A DNA stretch of 64,000 nt, from NCBI GenBank assembly GCA_043812495.1, contig JBDRMG010000065.1, positions 2,339 to 66,338 on the forward strand. Reading direction: 5' to 3'. The translations under genes were made by a program, and so were the position numbers. Shown here one piece after another: positions 12,001-24,000 of this stretch (positions are counted from its first letter, which is position 1; every line of letters starts with the position of its first letter). The notes beneath the pieces are model-generated. The model was not told the DNA's origin. It searched no databases and saw only the letters and a program-made list of their open reading frames with translations. Source of the stretch: Candidatus Omnitrophota bacterium. Its GTDB lineage: Bacteria; Omnitrophota; Gorgyraeia; Zapsychrales; JBDRMG01.

Positions 12001-15000
12001 TGTTTTGAAGATGCCAGGAAAAGCTTGGAGAAAGTGAAATTGTTACAAGAAGTGGAAACGGAAGACAGAACCGGAGAAAAGAAAACATTCCGCCTTGGAC
12101 AAACGGTTTACTATCCGGGCCCGGAAAGAGATAAAATCGTATCCATAACTGTGGAACAGATACGGCAATATCCGGCGTTTATTCCTTGTTTTCACGAATT
12201 TAGGACCCGGACCAGGATCATCTCCCAGGGCGAAGCTTATCCCCCGATCCTGCTTTATACCGACCGCCAGGATGCGCAACAGGAAATCCTGACTTTATCA
12301 GAGGACGACAACGCCTTGGCTTTATTCGGCCATGACCTTGGCGGCATGAATCAAGCGCTGGCTGTTATCGTTGTCCTGGTCCTTGCGGCTTATGCCTATC
12401 GCTTCTTCAAAAACCGCGCGGCGGCGAAGGAAATACTTGAGACATCGGTTCAGCGCCAGGGCCCGCCTAAAGGCGAGGTAAATCCGCCGGCGGGAATAAA
12501 GATCTCCCCCGCCCTAACCGTCCTCACCCTCGCCGCCAGACTCCTCGTTCCCGCCGTTGCCCTTGTTCTTATCGCTAAAGAAATGGTCGAGCTTATATTA
12601 AACGGAACCTTCGGCAATCCGCAGGCCCTGATAGCCATAGTCGGCTTTGCGGGGTATCCTCAAAGATTTCACGTTGACCCAGAACAGGCATTATCAAAAA
12701 GCGAGAAGTTGAGAAAGCGCGTAGACGGTTTAATCGAAGAGAAACTATTGGACAAAGAAACGGCGGAAGCAGAATTTCAAAAACTCATCACAACGCGCAA
12801 TCTTCTCGGAAAGGCCAAGCGGCAGGAAAGAGGACAAGGAAACGAGGAAAAAGTGAACGCGCTGGAAAAAGAAATCTCACGCGTTAATGGATTAATCGCC
12901 CAGGTCAATAAATACAGGGGCCGCAGCAGAACCTATTTGCCGGATTCAAGAAACGAAAATAGCTCACTGCACGCGAATGCCTTATCGCCACTAGAAATTA
13001 CCCTTTTCGCCCTCATCCTCGCCCTTGCCGCGGCTGTATTATATCTGGCCCATCGATTCTTCAAAAACCGTAAAGTGCTTGATGCATCCATCCCGCGCCA
13101 GGGCCCGCCTATCGGCGAGGCACGCCCGCCGGCGAAAGCGAGAATTTCCCCCGCCCTGAAAATCCACACCGTTCTTCCCATCCTTAATTTTTATCAATCC
13201 GCCGCCGTACATATGCTTATAGATTTTGCATATTTATCTTATTGGCTGATTATCAAAGGGTTAATCAATATCGATGTGGTCTTGGGCATTGCCCATCTAA
13301 TCGGCAGAAATGAATATGATATACAGGATACAAGAAGCATGTTGCACGAACTTTGGTCCAAAATAAGAAACATCCGTTTTGTAACCACGAAGACGTATGA
13401 TCTCAGCAGGCTGAGCGAAGAAGGTCGAAGAATAATGGTAGATTTTGCTTTAGCCAACCAAGATACAAAAGTTCTGGATATCCGGTATCAAGCCTTATTA
13501 AAAACCCACCCTGCAGAAAATGATAATAAGACGACGACGCCTCCCCAAGGCGGCGGGTTAGGATTGTCAAAGATTGCCGGCATGTTTGTGAATCACCAAA
13601 TATCCTTAAGGCGGGCCTTTGCATTGGCGAAGAGAGATTACGCGGGCGGACTTAAATACTCCACCAAAGCCAACCTTGTTGCGGAAATCATCAAAACCAT
13701 TATCAAGAAAACAAGTCAAAAAGCCGCCGGCCTCATCCGCGGGCCGACATCCTGCGCTACAGCGCCAACTGGCACTTTAACCTCTAAAATCTATACTATC
13801 ATCCTCACGCCTGAGTCTGTCGCGGCCATCGGGCTGCTCCTTATGATTGCCGGGATTACTTATGGGTATAAATTATTAGGGACAGGTCCCTCTGGTAGTT
13901 TTGCCTTTGGCAAAATTAGCGGGACAGGTCCCGAAGCCGCTATGAAGATAGCCTCGGGACCTGTCCCTGTTCTTCTTTCTCTGGCCGCTATCGCCATCCT
14001 GATTCCCGTCTTCATCATTTTCGCCTCCCCACCCGAACATATTTTTGCGCTTATGCCGGTGATGGCTCTCGGGCAGATTGTTTCAAATGACAGAAAAGAA
14101 AGCGTATGGATCATTCCTCTTAGACCCGGCTGTCCCGTAAAGTTCAACATGAACAAAAAACAATTATTTGTTCAGGCAGGCGGTTTTCTCTTTACTTTTA
14201 TTCAGTATACCATCGAGAGGACCATTCAATATAGCTCCATGCTTCATCGTCCTCAGGAGGGAGGTTGGCAAGTCTGGGTTCCGTTGATCCCCATAGGAGA
14301 GACCATCCATGTGGGCGGTAGAATCCAAGAGGAATATCCCACTAACATGGTAACGCCCGTTTCGGATAAGACTGTCTCAAGTAGACATTTGGCCGTAACG
14401 ATTACGCCAGAGGGGTTGGCGCAATTAACAGACCTTGGGTCTGAAAACGGAACCTTCATCCATGCTAGAGCTGAAGAGGTCTCGGACCTTGTGGATATAT
14501 CGCCGGAGGCGGTGCTTGAAATCTTGAGACCATCAATGCGTCCGGAGTTGCAGCAAATAAGCGTGCTTGTGGAACTTTTCAGAATCAGAAAACTCGATGA
14601 ATATAAGGAGTGGTCTGCCCAGGGCGAAGACTCAGATGAAGACTCCGCGCATGCCTTGGTTGTATTGCCCGGAGAGAGTATGCTCTTGATTCTTGCCATG
14701 ATACCTCTTGTGATTCTGGCCATGATGATTCTGGAAATGATTCCCTCATCCAGACAGCATCATCCTGAGCCTGACACAACACGCCATGACCGCGAATCCG
14801 CCACCTTCGGTTCTTCTGTTGCCGCAAAAATCCAACAAGATATCGAAGCCATGCATGCCCGCAACCAACGCTCACGAGAGCAAGCCCATGACTCGGTGCG
14901 CAGCCTGATCGCACCAGATCCAGCATTGCTTCCGATCCTCATTGCTTTATTCGCTGTTATGACTTTCCTCATGTCACGTGACCTTAAATCCGCTACCTTT

Positions 15001-18000
15001 GGCTCCAAAGAACTTGAAAAAATGCATCAAGCCCGTGAAAAGGTCTTTGACTATGATGAGGAGTCACGAGAGCAAGCCCATAAATCTGTGCGCTCTGGAT
15101 CAGGACAGACCGCCTACGGCTTTGTGACGGGGGTCTCTTTATCACTGGGAGTTTTGGTTTTTGCCATTTTGACACTCATCGTCATTCGCGCCTCCATCAA
15201 GAGGGTAAATGAAGGTAAATTGGGCAAAGGAACAGCGCTTTCTGTTTACCTCCTTCTGGCAGGCCTGACCTTCGTTCTGGGCATCCTAGGGATCCGGCAA
15301 TTCATACCGGATTCGGAAGAAAGAACAGAACGCTATTATAATCTCAAAGTCGGCCAAAAGCCGGAAGAAATTGACCCCACCTTGGTTCATGAGGACCAGG
15401 CGGCTATTCTCACCCAAGGAAGACACGCCGAGACAAGCAATGTTTGGTACAACATGTGCAAGGTCATTGTTGCCATTGACACGACAAACCAAACGGTTGT
15501 GTTTGGTCATCTGACGCCTTGGATTGGCGATAACGGCCTGGAGAAAACGCCGCAGGAATATCAAGCTTTAATCGATAACTTAAAAGATGTTATGGAGTCC
15601 GAAGGTATTATTCAGAAGAATCTTGTCATCTATCTTGTGGCTAATCACAACACGGATATTACTTTGCTTGAGGAAATGCTCAAAGAATCTTTCCCGGGCC
15701 GGATCCGCAAGGTGATTTCGCCTTTTGACAATCAAAGAGAAATTTATGTTGCCGTCTCCAATGAAGAAGAGGGAATAGAAGTAACATCCGTTGGGCAAGA
15801 AGACAATGTTCCCAATAAAGTATTAGTCATAGATCCTCACACCGGACGGATTATTGAAGAAAGGGACGGGGCTTGGTATATGCTTTATCTTTATATAAGC
15901 GCCGGATTGGCAGCCTATTACTTATTTGGCCATGGCGGTCTTTCTGCTATTGAAAGCCGGTCAAGAAGACGGAAAAGACAATCAACAGCTGATAGGGACC
16001 GATTATATCACGGCCTTGTTTTCCCCTGTCTCACAGGCACCATCATCGAGATGGCCGCGGTGGTCCTTCTAGCTGGGCTTGGGGTTTGGGCGGCCCAAAG
16101 AAGAAGGTCTAGTAGGCTGATTGATTCGGAGAATGGAAACAAGGAAACAGAACTTGACGGAGAAGAGTTCGTAGCCGCTCAGTTCTATCGACTCTACGGC
16201 GCTGACAAGATTAAAGATTTTAGCCCGGCATTCACCATTTCTGAGGCGAAACGCTTACTGGAAGCCGGCTTAGATGACATGGTGCAAAATCTTTACAAGC
16301 AGTATGGGGAAATTATACCTCCGGAAATTAATGCTCCTGAATTACGAGAATTGGTCCGCGGAATCCCTGAAGATCAGCTAACCTTTAAGAACGTGGCCCA
16401 AGCCTTTTCTGGTTATTTAAGAAAGAAATATGATCTTTATAGCAGAGGCAAAATGGACCGCGCTGCAATTATGGATCTGGGTGAGCAGGAGAAAAATATT
16501 CTTCGGTATGTCTTTAGATTATTCAGCGACAATATCCAATACGACCATCAGGGCGCAGACGGCCAATGGAAATCAATACTTTCCCATGCCATCGAAGGCA
16601 ATCCGTACATTGAAGGTAGGCCGCGTACCTATATCTGCGAAACAGCATGCGCTTTGGCCATAATGGCCCTGGAAGAAATAGGCTTAGGAGCAACGCCGGA
16701 TAAAAAACCCTCTAAAATCGGCATCCACAAAAACTTTAAAGGAATAGACATGAGCCAGGGCGGCCATGTGGCTGTTTTATGGAAAACCGTTAATGACGCC
16801 GGTATTTTTGATCTGACGCAGGGACTGGTAGATCATGATGGGCGCTCTTGCCTGGCGAACATAGACATCAATCATGAAGTTCTCAAAATCAAGCAAGCTA
16901 ACGGTCAAGAGCGATTCGTTCGCTATGGCAGCAAAAAAGATTTAGAGCCCATTCAAGGTGAGACCTTTAAAGATCTTCTCGAAGACGAAAGAGTTTGGGC
17001 CAAATACCATGATTTGACTAATAGGAACAATGCAATTGATTTTCACGCGTCTGACAAAGGCAGCATTTTGCTGCAGTCACAGAAAATTTTTAAGGAAGCA
17101 GATGCTTTAAGTAATCTTCCGGTCGTTCGTCGAGATCCGATATTAAGTGAAAATCTGAAGAATCTCAAAGCCACTGCTCAGGCTAACATACAAAGTCTCA
17201 ATAGATCTGATCGAATGAGGAATGCGTACGAAGCCCTGAAGCGACACACAGACACTTTAAACCGAATTCATCGAGTATCCAATGGGAACCATGAGCTTGC
17301 TGAAAAATCCTACACAAAACTAGCGCAAGATATAAAAGACACAATCGCTTCGCTTTCAGCCGACTCAAGGTTTATAGGAGCCACCGCAAATGATGTCAAT
17401 TTCAGATTAATAGCAGTCGACGCATACGGAAATAAGCGCGAGCGAAAAGTCGGTGGTCAGGGAATCATTGACGTCCTTGAAGATCTTAAGAAAGATGCCC
17501 AAGAACATGCTTTGATAAGCTGTTATTTCTCTAGATTTAAAAAAGCAAACGCGAGATTCCAACAAGGAGAAGACGTATTTCCAGATCCAAAGGCCGGGAG
17601 TAATTTCCAAGCGGCTTTAAGCCAATATATTTCTCTTGAGAGAGAAATTAAGAAAACTCTGCGGACCCCGGGCATTTCCAATCCAAGCATTATTCAAAAC
17701 CTAGAGAGCCTACAAGATACCATCGCTGCAAATAAAGATGCCGCAGCCGATAACATAAAAACGCTTGGCCAAACTCCACAAATGGAATCATCCCTCGGTC
17801 TCATCCTCCCCGGCGTGACAGGCACCATTATCGATGTACTCGTAGTCGCCCTGCTCCTGGCCGGGCTTGGGGTTTTGGCGGTTCAAAGAAAATGGTTTTC
17901 GAAACTAGGGGATAGGATTAGCAATGAGCGTTTAGCGTTTAGCGTAGAGCGTATAGTTAGAAATACTAAACGCTATACGCTATCTCCTATCTCCTATCTC

Positions 18001-21000
18001 CTATCCGCTATCCGCTATCCGCTATCCGCTGTCTGCTATCTCCTATCCGCTCCACGCTATGCGCTCTACGCTACTCTTCTCATAGCGGCCGTTGTTTTAG
18101 GCGGCTCGACCGCTTTTGGCTTGAGTTTTGCGATCATGCCGTTTTTGGCATCCATACGCTCGGAGGATTCTGATCCGGACCGGGAATCCCAGACGACGCA
18201 CGTCTCGATGATCCTTTCTCAGCAAGATGAGGACTTCGTTCTTGCTATCGGAGAACAATCTTTCAGAATACAAAAGAATTTAATAAAACAGGAATTTGCG
18301 GCTATTACTCAGAACGGAAAACAGATACAAGACGCGAACGTCAGACTCACCATGCACAATCTCCTTGCGTTTAATTATTTCTTCTGGCTGTATCAGCAAA
18401 AACAGAAAATAGCCAAAGGATCCGCTGATTTTATGGGCGATCTTTATGCGCGCCTAAGCATTACGTATGACCAGAAACGCGTTATTGTCCGTTACGCTTA
18501 TGGGGACGCGCCGCTTGAAGACCAGAGCGAGCATGCCTGGAGTTATGGGTTTGAGATTAACCGTGCCACCGGAGGCTATAAAGCCGAGATTCAGGACAAA
18601 GGCCTCGAGGCATATGAGAAAAACATGCTTTTTAACCGGTATGTCGAATATTTCTTAAGCATTTTAGCGACAGTCCACCGCGTTTTGGATCCAGCGACAG
18701 AGAAAGAAATGATGAGGCTTCTAGAAAAGGCATATTCTTCGAATGATTTCACAGGGTTTTATCGCCGCATTCCCGGCGAACCGGAAATCGAAGAAAAGAA
18801 AGGCGATAGCGGTCGACCAAACCTTACTTTCGGCGGTCTCATTCTCCCTGGTCTCACAGGAACCATCATCGAGGTACTCGTAGTCGCCCTGCTTCTGGCC
18901 GGGCTGGGGGTGTTGGCCCAGAAGAGAGGATGGTCCCGACGCTTTCTGAATAAAACAATTAAGGTAGTCGGGATCCCGACTTCAACAATTTCATTTAAGA
19001 GAACGTCGGGATTCCGCAGGCTGACTAATTCAGAGAACAGAAACCAAAGCACAGAAACCAAAGAAAAGAAAACCTCACCCTACTCCTCCGCCAAAAAGAA
19101 ATTCAGCAAAGCCTTCCCACTCATTGTTATTCTCATAGCCGGTGCTTTGGTGGTAATGTTTATGGATATGCGCGCTGATGTTTATGCATCTGATGATGTT
19201 AAATCTTCAGCCTTAACAATGATCCATATTCTCATAGCCACCACAGCCTTTATACTCTTGCCTTCCTTGTTGCGCTTGCTTGGATATGACAAATGGGCTG
19301 CGCGCTTAGAAAAAGTCTCTTTTGTCGGAATATTTGTGGGCCTTGTTGGACTTATGTCTGCTTCAATTTTTGTCCCCGCCCAGGCCCAGGCGCAGACAAA
19401 TCCGTTCAACACATTCTCTCCCGATGAGCCGGATGATGACGGAAATAATGGTCTTTATGGGGATGACGAGACCAGCAGTCTTCCAGCGACATTTATAACA
19501 CAAGATTATTTATTAGATTTGATTCAAAATGCTGAATGGGGAGTTAAAATATTTACAGAAGATCAATGGAATAATAATGAAGATTTAAAGGGTTGTGAAT
19601 ATCATTATGGAGGCGCTGTTGGTGTTCCTGCGACTCAAACAATGTATTATGCCGGTACCATCGCATCCACAGGGCATTTGTCTCATGAGACAACGCATGT
19701 TCTTCAATCATCCTTAACTCAGGAAGAGCTTCTGGAAGCCTATGACGGATTAGCGGGAGTTATCAGAAACCAAGAGGCTAAAGACATTCTAAGTAAATTA
19801 ATGGATGCTTATTTAACGACCTACAATAAACTTCTAATAGAGTGGGTAAACAGCCAAAACCTTCTTACCGATGAAGAAAAGAAGACGATATTGAAATCCA
19901 ATGGAGCTGATGAGACGTTTGCTCTTCTCTTTGGCATGTTTGTGGGAGCTTGCCAGCCAAGCGAATCGAATCTGGCGACCTGCCATCTTGATGAATACGG
20001 AGTGGCCAGACTGACTGAAATTTTATTGGAAAGCGAAGAAGAGAACGAAGCAAGAGAATATCTTGCTCGTTACTATAGAGATTTAGGTTACGATGAGAAT
20101 TTGGTTAATAACTTATTGCAGACAAACGGTACCCAATTAGGGGCGAATAGCTCAATAGAGCCAGAAGCTTCTTTAACTATCTGTGACTGGTTTATGCCAG
20201 GAGTGGTAGTTGGTGCGGAGGCAACTTCTGCCCCTGCCCAGGCGCAGGATATTATGCCAGTCTCTGGAGAAAAAACAGATACTGATTCAGATTCGACTAA
20301 GAACGATAATCGAAATTTTAAAACAAATCTACTTAATACTTTAAGAAGAATTGGCAGTTCGGCTTATGAAAAACCAAAACCTTATCAGGTGGCGCTAAAT
20401 AATCACCACGGGAGCGCAGATCAAAGCTTAAGAACAGAAACGAGTTCATTGAATCCAAGCGATCGCTATTGTGTAATAAAACAAAACAGAGCTCTTTCTA
20501 TTAATAACCAAATGCAAAAACCTCCTCTTCTTATGCCAGATAGTATTGTAACATTCCAGAATCTTGAAGAAGCGAAAGACTATGATATTCCAGAAGGCTG
20601 GCCCTATGCTGTCTTGCAGTTCAAAGAATGGCCTATTTATTACATTAAATTTATTGATAATTTCATACAAGGATTGGCTTTTGACCGGATGGTTTATTAT
20701 GTCGAAGTAGAGCCAGGCGTTCTTTTATTTGATCGTGAACTAAGAGCGAAAGAACAAGATATGAAAACATTTGGCGAGGGAGGACGTGATTTTCACTTAA
20801 ACGATGTAGTCGCATTCTATAATGAAACCAAGAACAAAAATTGCCCATTGAATATCATGGAGTTCAGATTGCTCGCGGAGTTTATAAATGCAGGTTTGAT
20901 CCTTCGAACAGAAAATGGATACCAACCAGCTATGGAAGCGGCTATTATGAGCACTGATTTGTTAGGAGAAGAGCAAGCGCTTAAGCAGGAATTTGATCAT

Positions 21001-24000
21001 ATGGTTTATTTTATCGATGAACAATATAGGCAAGCGGCTGATAGTCTTTATCTGGCGTTTTCTGAAGAAGACCGCCAATTTGCCGTAGACGTTGTGACCG
21101 CACTCTTTATTTATAATGATCAAAATCCAAATCTTATGGCCAGAGAAGTGGCGGGTTTCTTTAGAGAACCATGGGATCTCATCTATAACAATTTAATCCA
21201 CGTTGACACATCTCTTGCCGCGGATTCCTCAAGAATATATCAATTGGGCGAACAGGTAATTTCTCTTGAAGACCAGAGCGAAATATATAGAGATCTTGGC
21301 AGACAACAAAGATTGCTTGGATATAAGAACCTTGTGGCGCAGCTGCCGGAAAAGACAAAGCGTAATTTCCTAAAGGGCGTTAACGAGATGCAGCTCATGA
21401 CGAGAAAGCCATCCCCTTGCTTAGGCCTCATCCTCCCTGGCGTGACGGGGACCTTGATTGAGGTGCTTGCGTTATTGGCTATCGCTGGACTTGGGATTAT
21501 ATGGATTTATCGAAACTGGTTTGCTCTGAAAAATGTTTATAGCCGAATTTCTAATAGAATTCTTAGTGTGGTCCTAGGGCCGTTGGCGCAAGGAAAGGAT
21601 CATCCGTGGTCCCGACGCTCCGACCATAGGTCGGAGGTCGGGACTCCGACTTCCACAATTTCATATGGGGAAACGTCGGAGCTGTCACAAAGAAATCATT
21701 CGTCGACTGGAGACCAGATAACAGTTTACAGAAACCAGAATAGGCCGTTGGTGCCAGTCGTTCCTTCCGTGGCAGGAATTTCGACTGTTACGCCAACGGC
21801 CTCTTCTTTATTTGTTATGCGAAATAGAATAAACGGAATTTACTTAACAGCTTCGAGGTGGGTCAGCCGCTTGCCGAAATCTTCCTTGATGGTTCTAATA
21901 TCCTCTTCCATTTTAGCAAGCTTGCCGTTTATTTTTGTCAGCTCCTCTTTCATGAATGAGGAACGAAGGCTTATCGTTGTGATATCTTCCGCGTTTCTAG
22001 CCACCATTCCCATTGTGGCGTCCAATTTATCCCGTAAAATGCTCTGGCCTTCTGCAATCGCTCTCATGTCCGTATGGATCTTCTCAAGCACGACTGCAAA
22101 TTCCCTGTCTTTGGAGAATTCCTTCAATGGCTTTGTTGTCTTATTGCCTTTGATCTTCATGATGGCGCTTATTTTAATCCAGCACAAAAATATTGTCAAG
22201 AGTATTCTATCGGTAATGAGTCGTGATTCACAAAAAGATCTTTATCGACGATGGACAAAGGGCGTCTCACGTCTCGCGTCTAACGTCTCACATCCTACGT
22301 CTCGCGTCCTTCGTAAAATTTTCAGCGGCTCAGCCCAAACGACCCTCTCATCTCCTTCTTCGCTGAAAGGCTTGCGCGTTCAGCTTCGAAGGACAAGCGT
22401 GGCTTCAAAAACTAATCAACCATTAGAAAAGATTTTCAGCAGCTCAACTGATGCAGCCCCATCTACCGTGCGCCGGCCTTCCTTTGATATTAAGCCTGAG
22501 GAAGCCGGCATCCCGACTTCCACGAATCAAAATCTCGGCAGAAGGCAGAATCGTAATAACCAATCTTCATTTTCCGTGGCTGGTGAGGAAAATTGGGGTC
22601 CTTCTGCCAAGATTTTATCAGGAAAAATCGGGACTGGTGAGAAGGTTGTTCAAGTTGCGCAAAAGGACAGGGTCCGAGGTGCCCCCCTCCGCACTTCGGG
22701 CTCTGTCCGTAGTCCTTTGGCTGCTTCGGTCGTCATGAGCGTGGCAACACCCGCGACGGGCCTCGAAACAAACTCATGGTGGTTTAGTCCGATCTTCGAC
22801 GGGATCCCATTGACGCCTTATATCATTATCGTCAGTATTCTTCTTTTATTGTTTCTTACCTCTCCAGCTTGGCTATTATGGCCGATAAAATCGGCACGAT
22901 CTAAAATTCCGGATCATGTTGAATGGAAACGATTAAGCCGCAAAGATAAACGAATCGGCGTTGAAGACCTTGAGCGCTTCTTGAATCATCCTGACGGTGT
23001 AGTAATAGATATTAGGACCGACATGTCAGGGAAACAAATGGCGGAAATGCTCAATGAAAGATTTTCCGCGGTCCACACTCCCTACCGAAGAGGTTTTGCC
23101 GCACTTTACGACCGTATCATTCGGACGATTTTGAAACAGGTTTTGCCACAGCAGCCTCTCTTACCAACATCCTCCCCCCAAGATGAAATAACCGCGATTT
23201 ACAATATAGTTTCCAAAATTGCCTCCCCTCTTTCTGAAGAGGAAAAGAGAGAAATTGCCTTTAGGGTTTTGAAAGAAGCTAAAGCGGATATCAAAAGACA
23301 GGTTGAATCACCCGCAAAGTCAGACATCTTTTCTAAACTCAAGGCCATGATGTTTATCATGGCCGGTATCGTAGCTTTCGGGTCATCCAGCCTCTTCGGG
23401 GCCCAACAAGGACCCTTCCCCTTGGAAGGTTCCGCGATCCCCCATAGTTTCGCCTCTGGCGAAACTGTCATGGGGAATCCCGACTTCCTTAATATTGATT
23501 TAGGAAACGTCGGGACAACCGCGGCAGACACAGTTGCGCAAGCTGCAGCAGGTCTATCGGACATCACAACAATCGGATTGATTATTTTGGCCGTTCTTGC
23601 TGTTGGTGTTATGGGAGTAGTGATTTCCGTGAGAATGCCAATCAAATCCCATGTTGCCGAATCAAAGGCATGGAAGTTTATTCGCACCCACTACAAAAGC
23701 ATTCTTGGGATGGCGGCGGTTGTGACCATCGGGATTTTGGCCTGGCAATTCAAGCCATGGGTAGAGCTATTGGCTGCTTTTGGCGCTTCCAATTGGATGA
23801 TCAAAGCCTTCAACTATGTGGTGGCGGCTAATGTGGCCATGTTCTTAGTTCTTACTTTTGAGAAATGGAAATCCGAATACCAAAGAGTTAATCCTTTCAC
23901 CTTGACAAGAGAAGAGATCATAACCGAGCTTATGGAAAGATATAAGGCAAAAGACACGTCACGGCCGTGTCCCGCGGGCACGGAAGGAATGATCGCGGAT

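Noticed and set aside
22161-22199. TTG start giving the 119-aa version of the nested gene
   Set aside because: The TTG is part of the -35 box TTGACA; the ATG at 22160 fits the promoter geometry.
22500-22640. Integron attC site or known riboswitch
   Set aside because: No RYYYAAC/GTTRRRY ends and no integrase in the window; I could not match a riboswitch consensus by eye.
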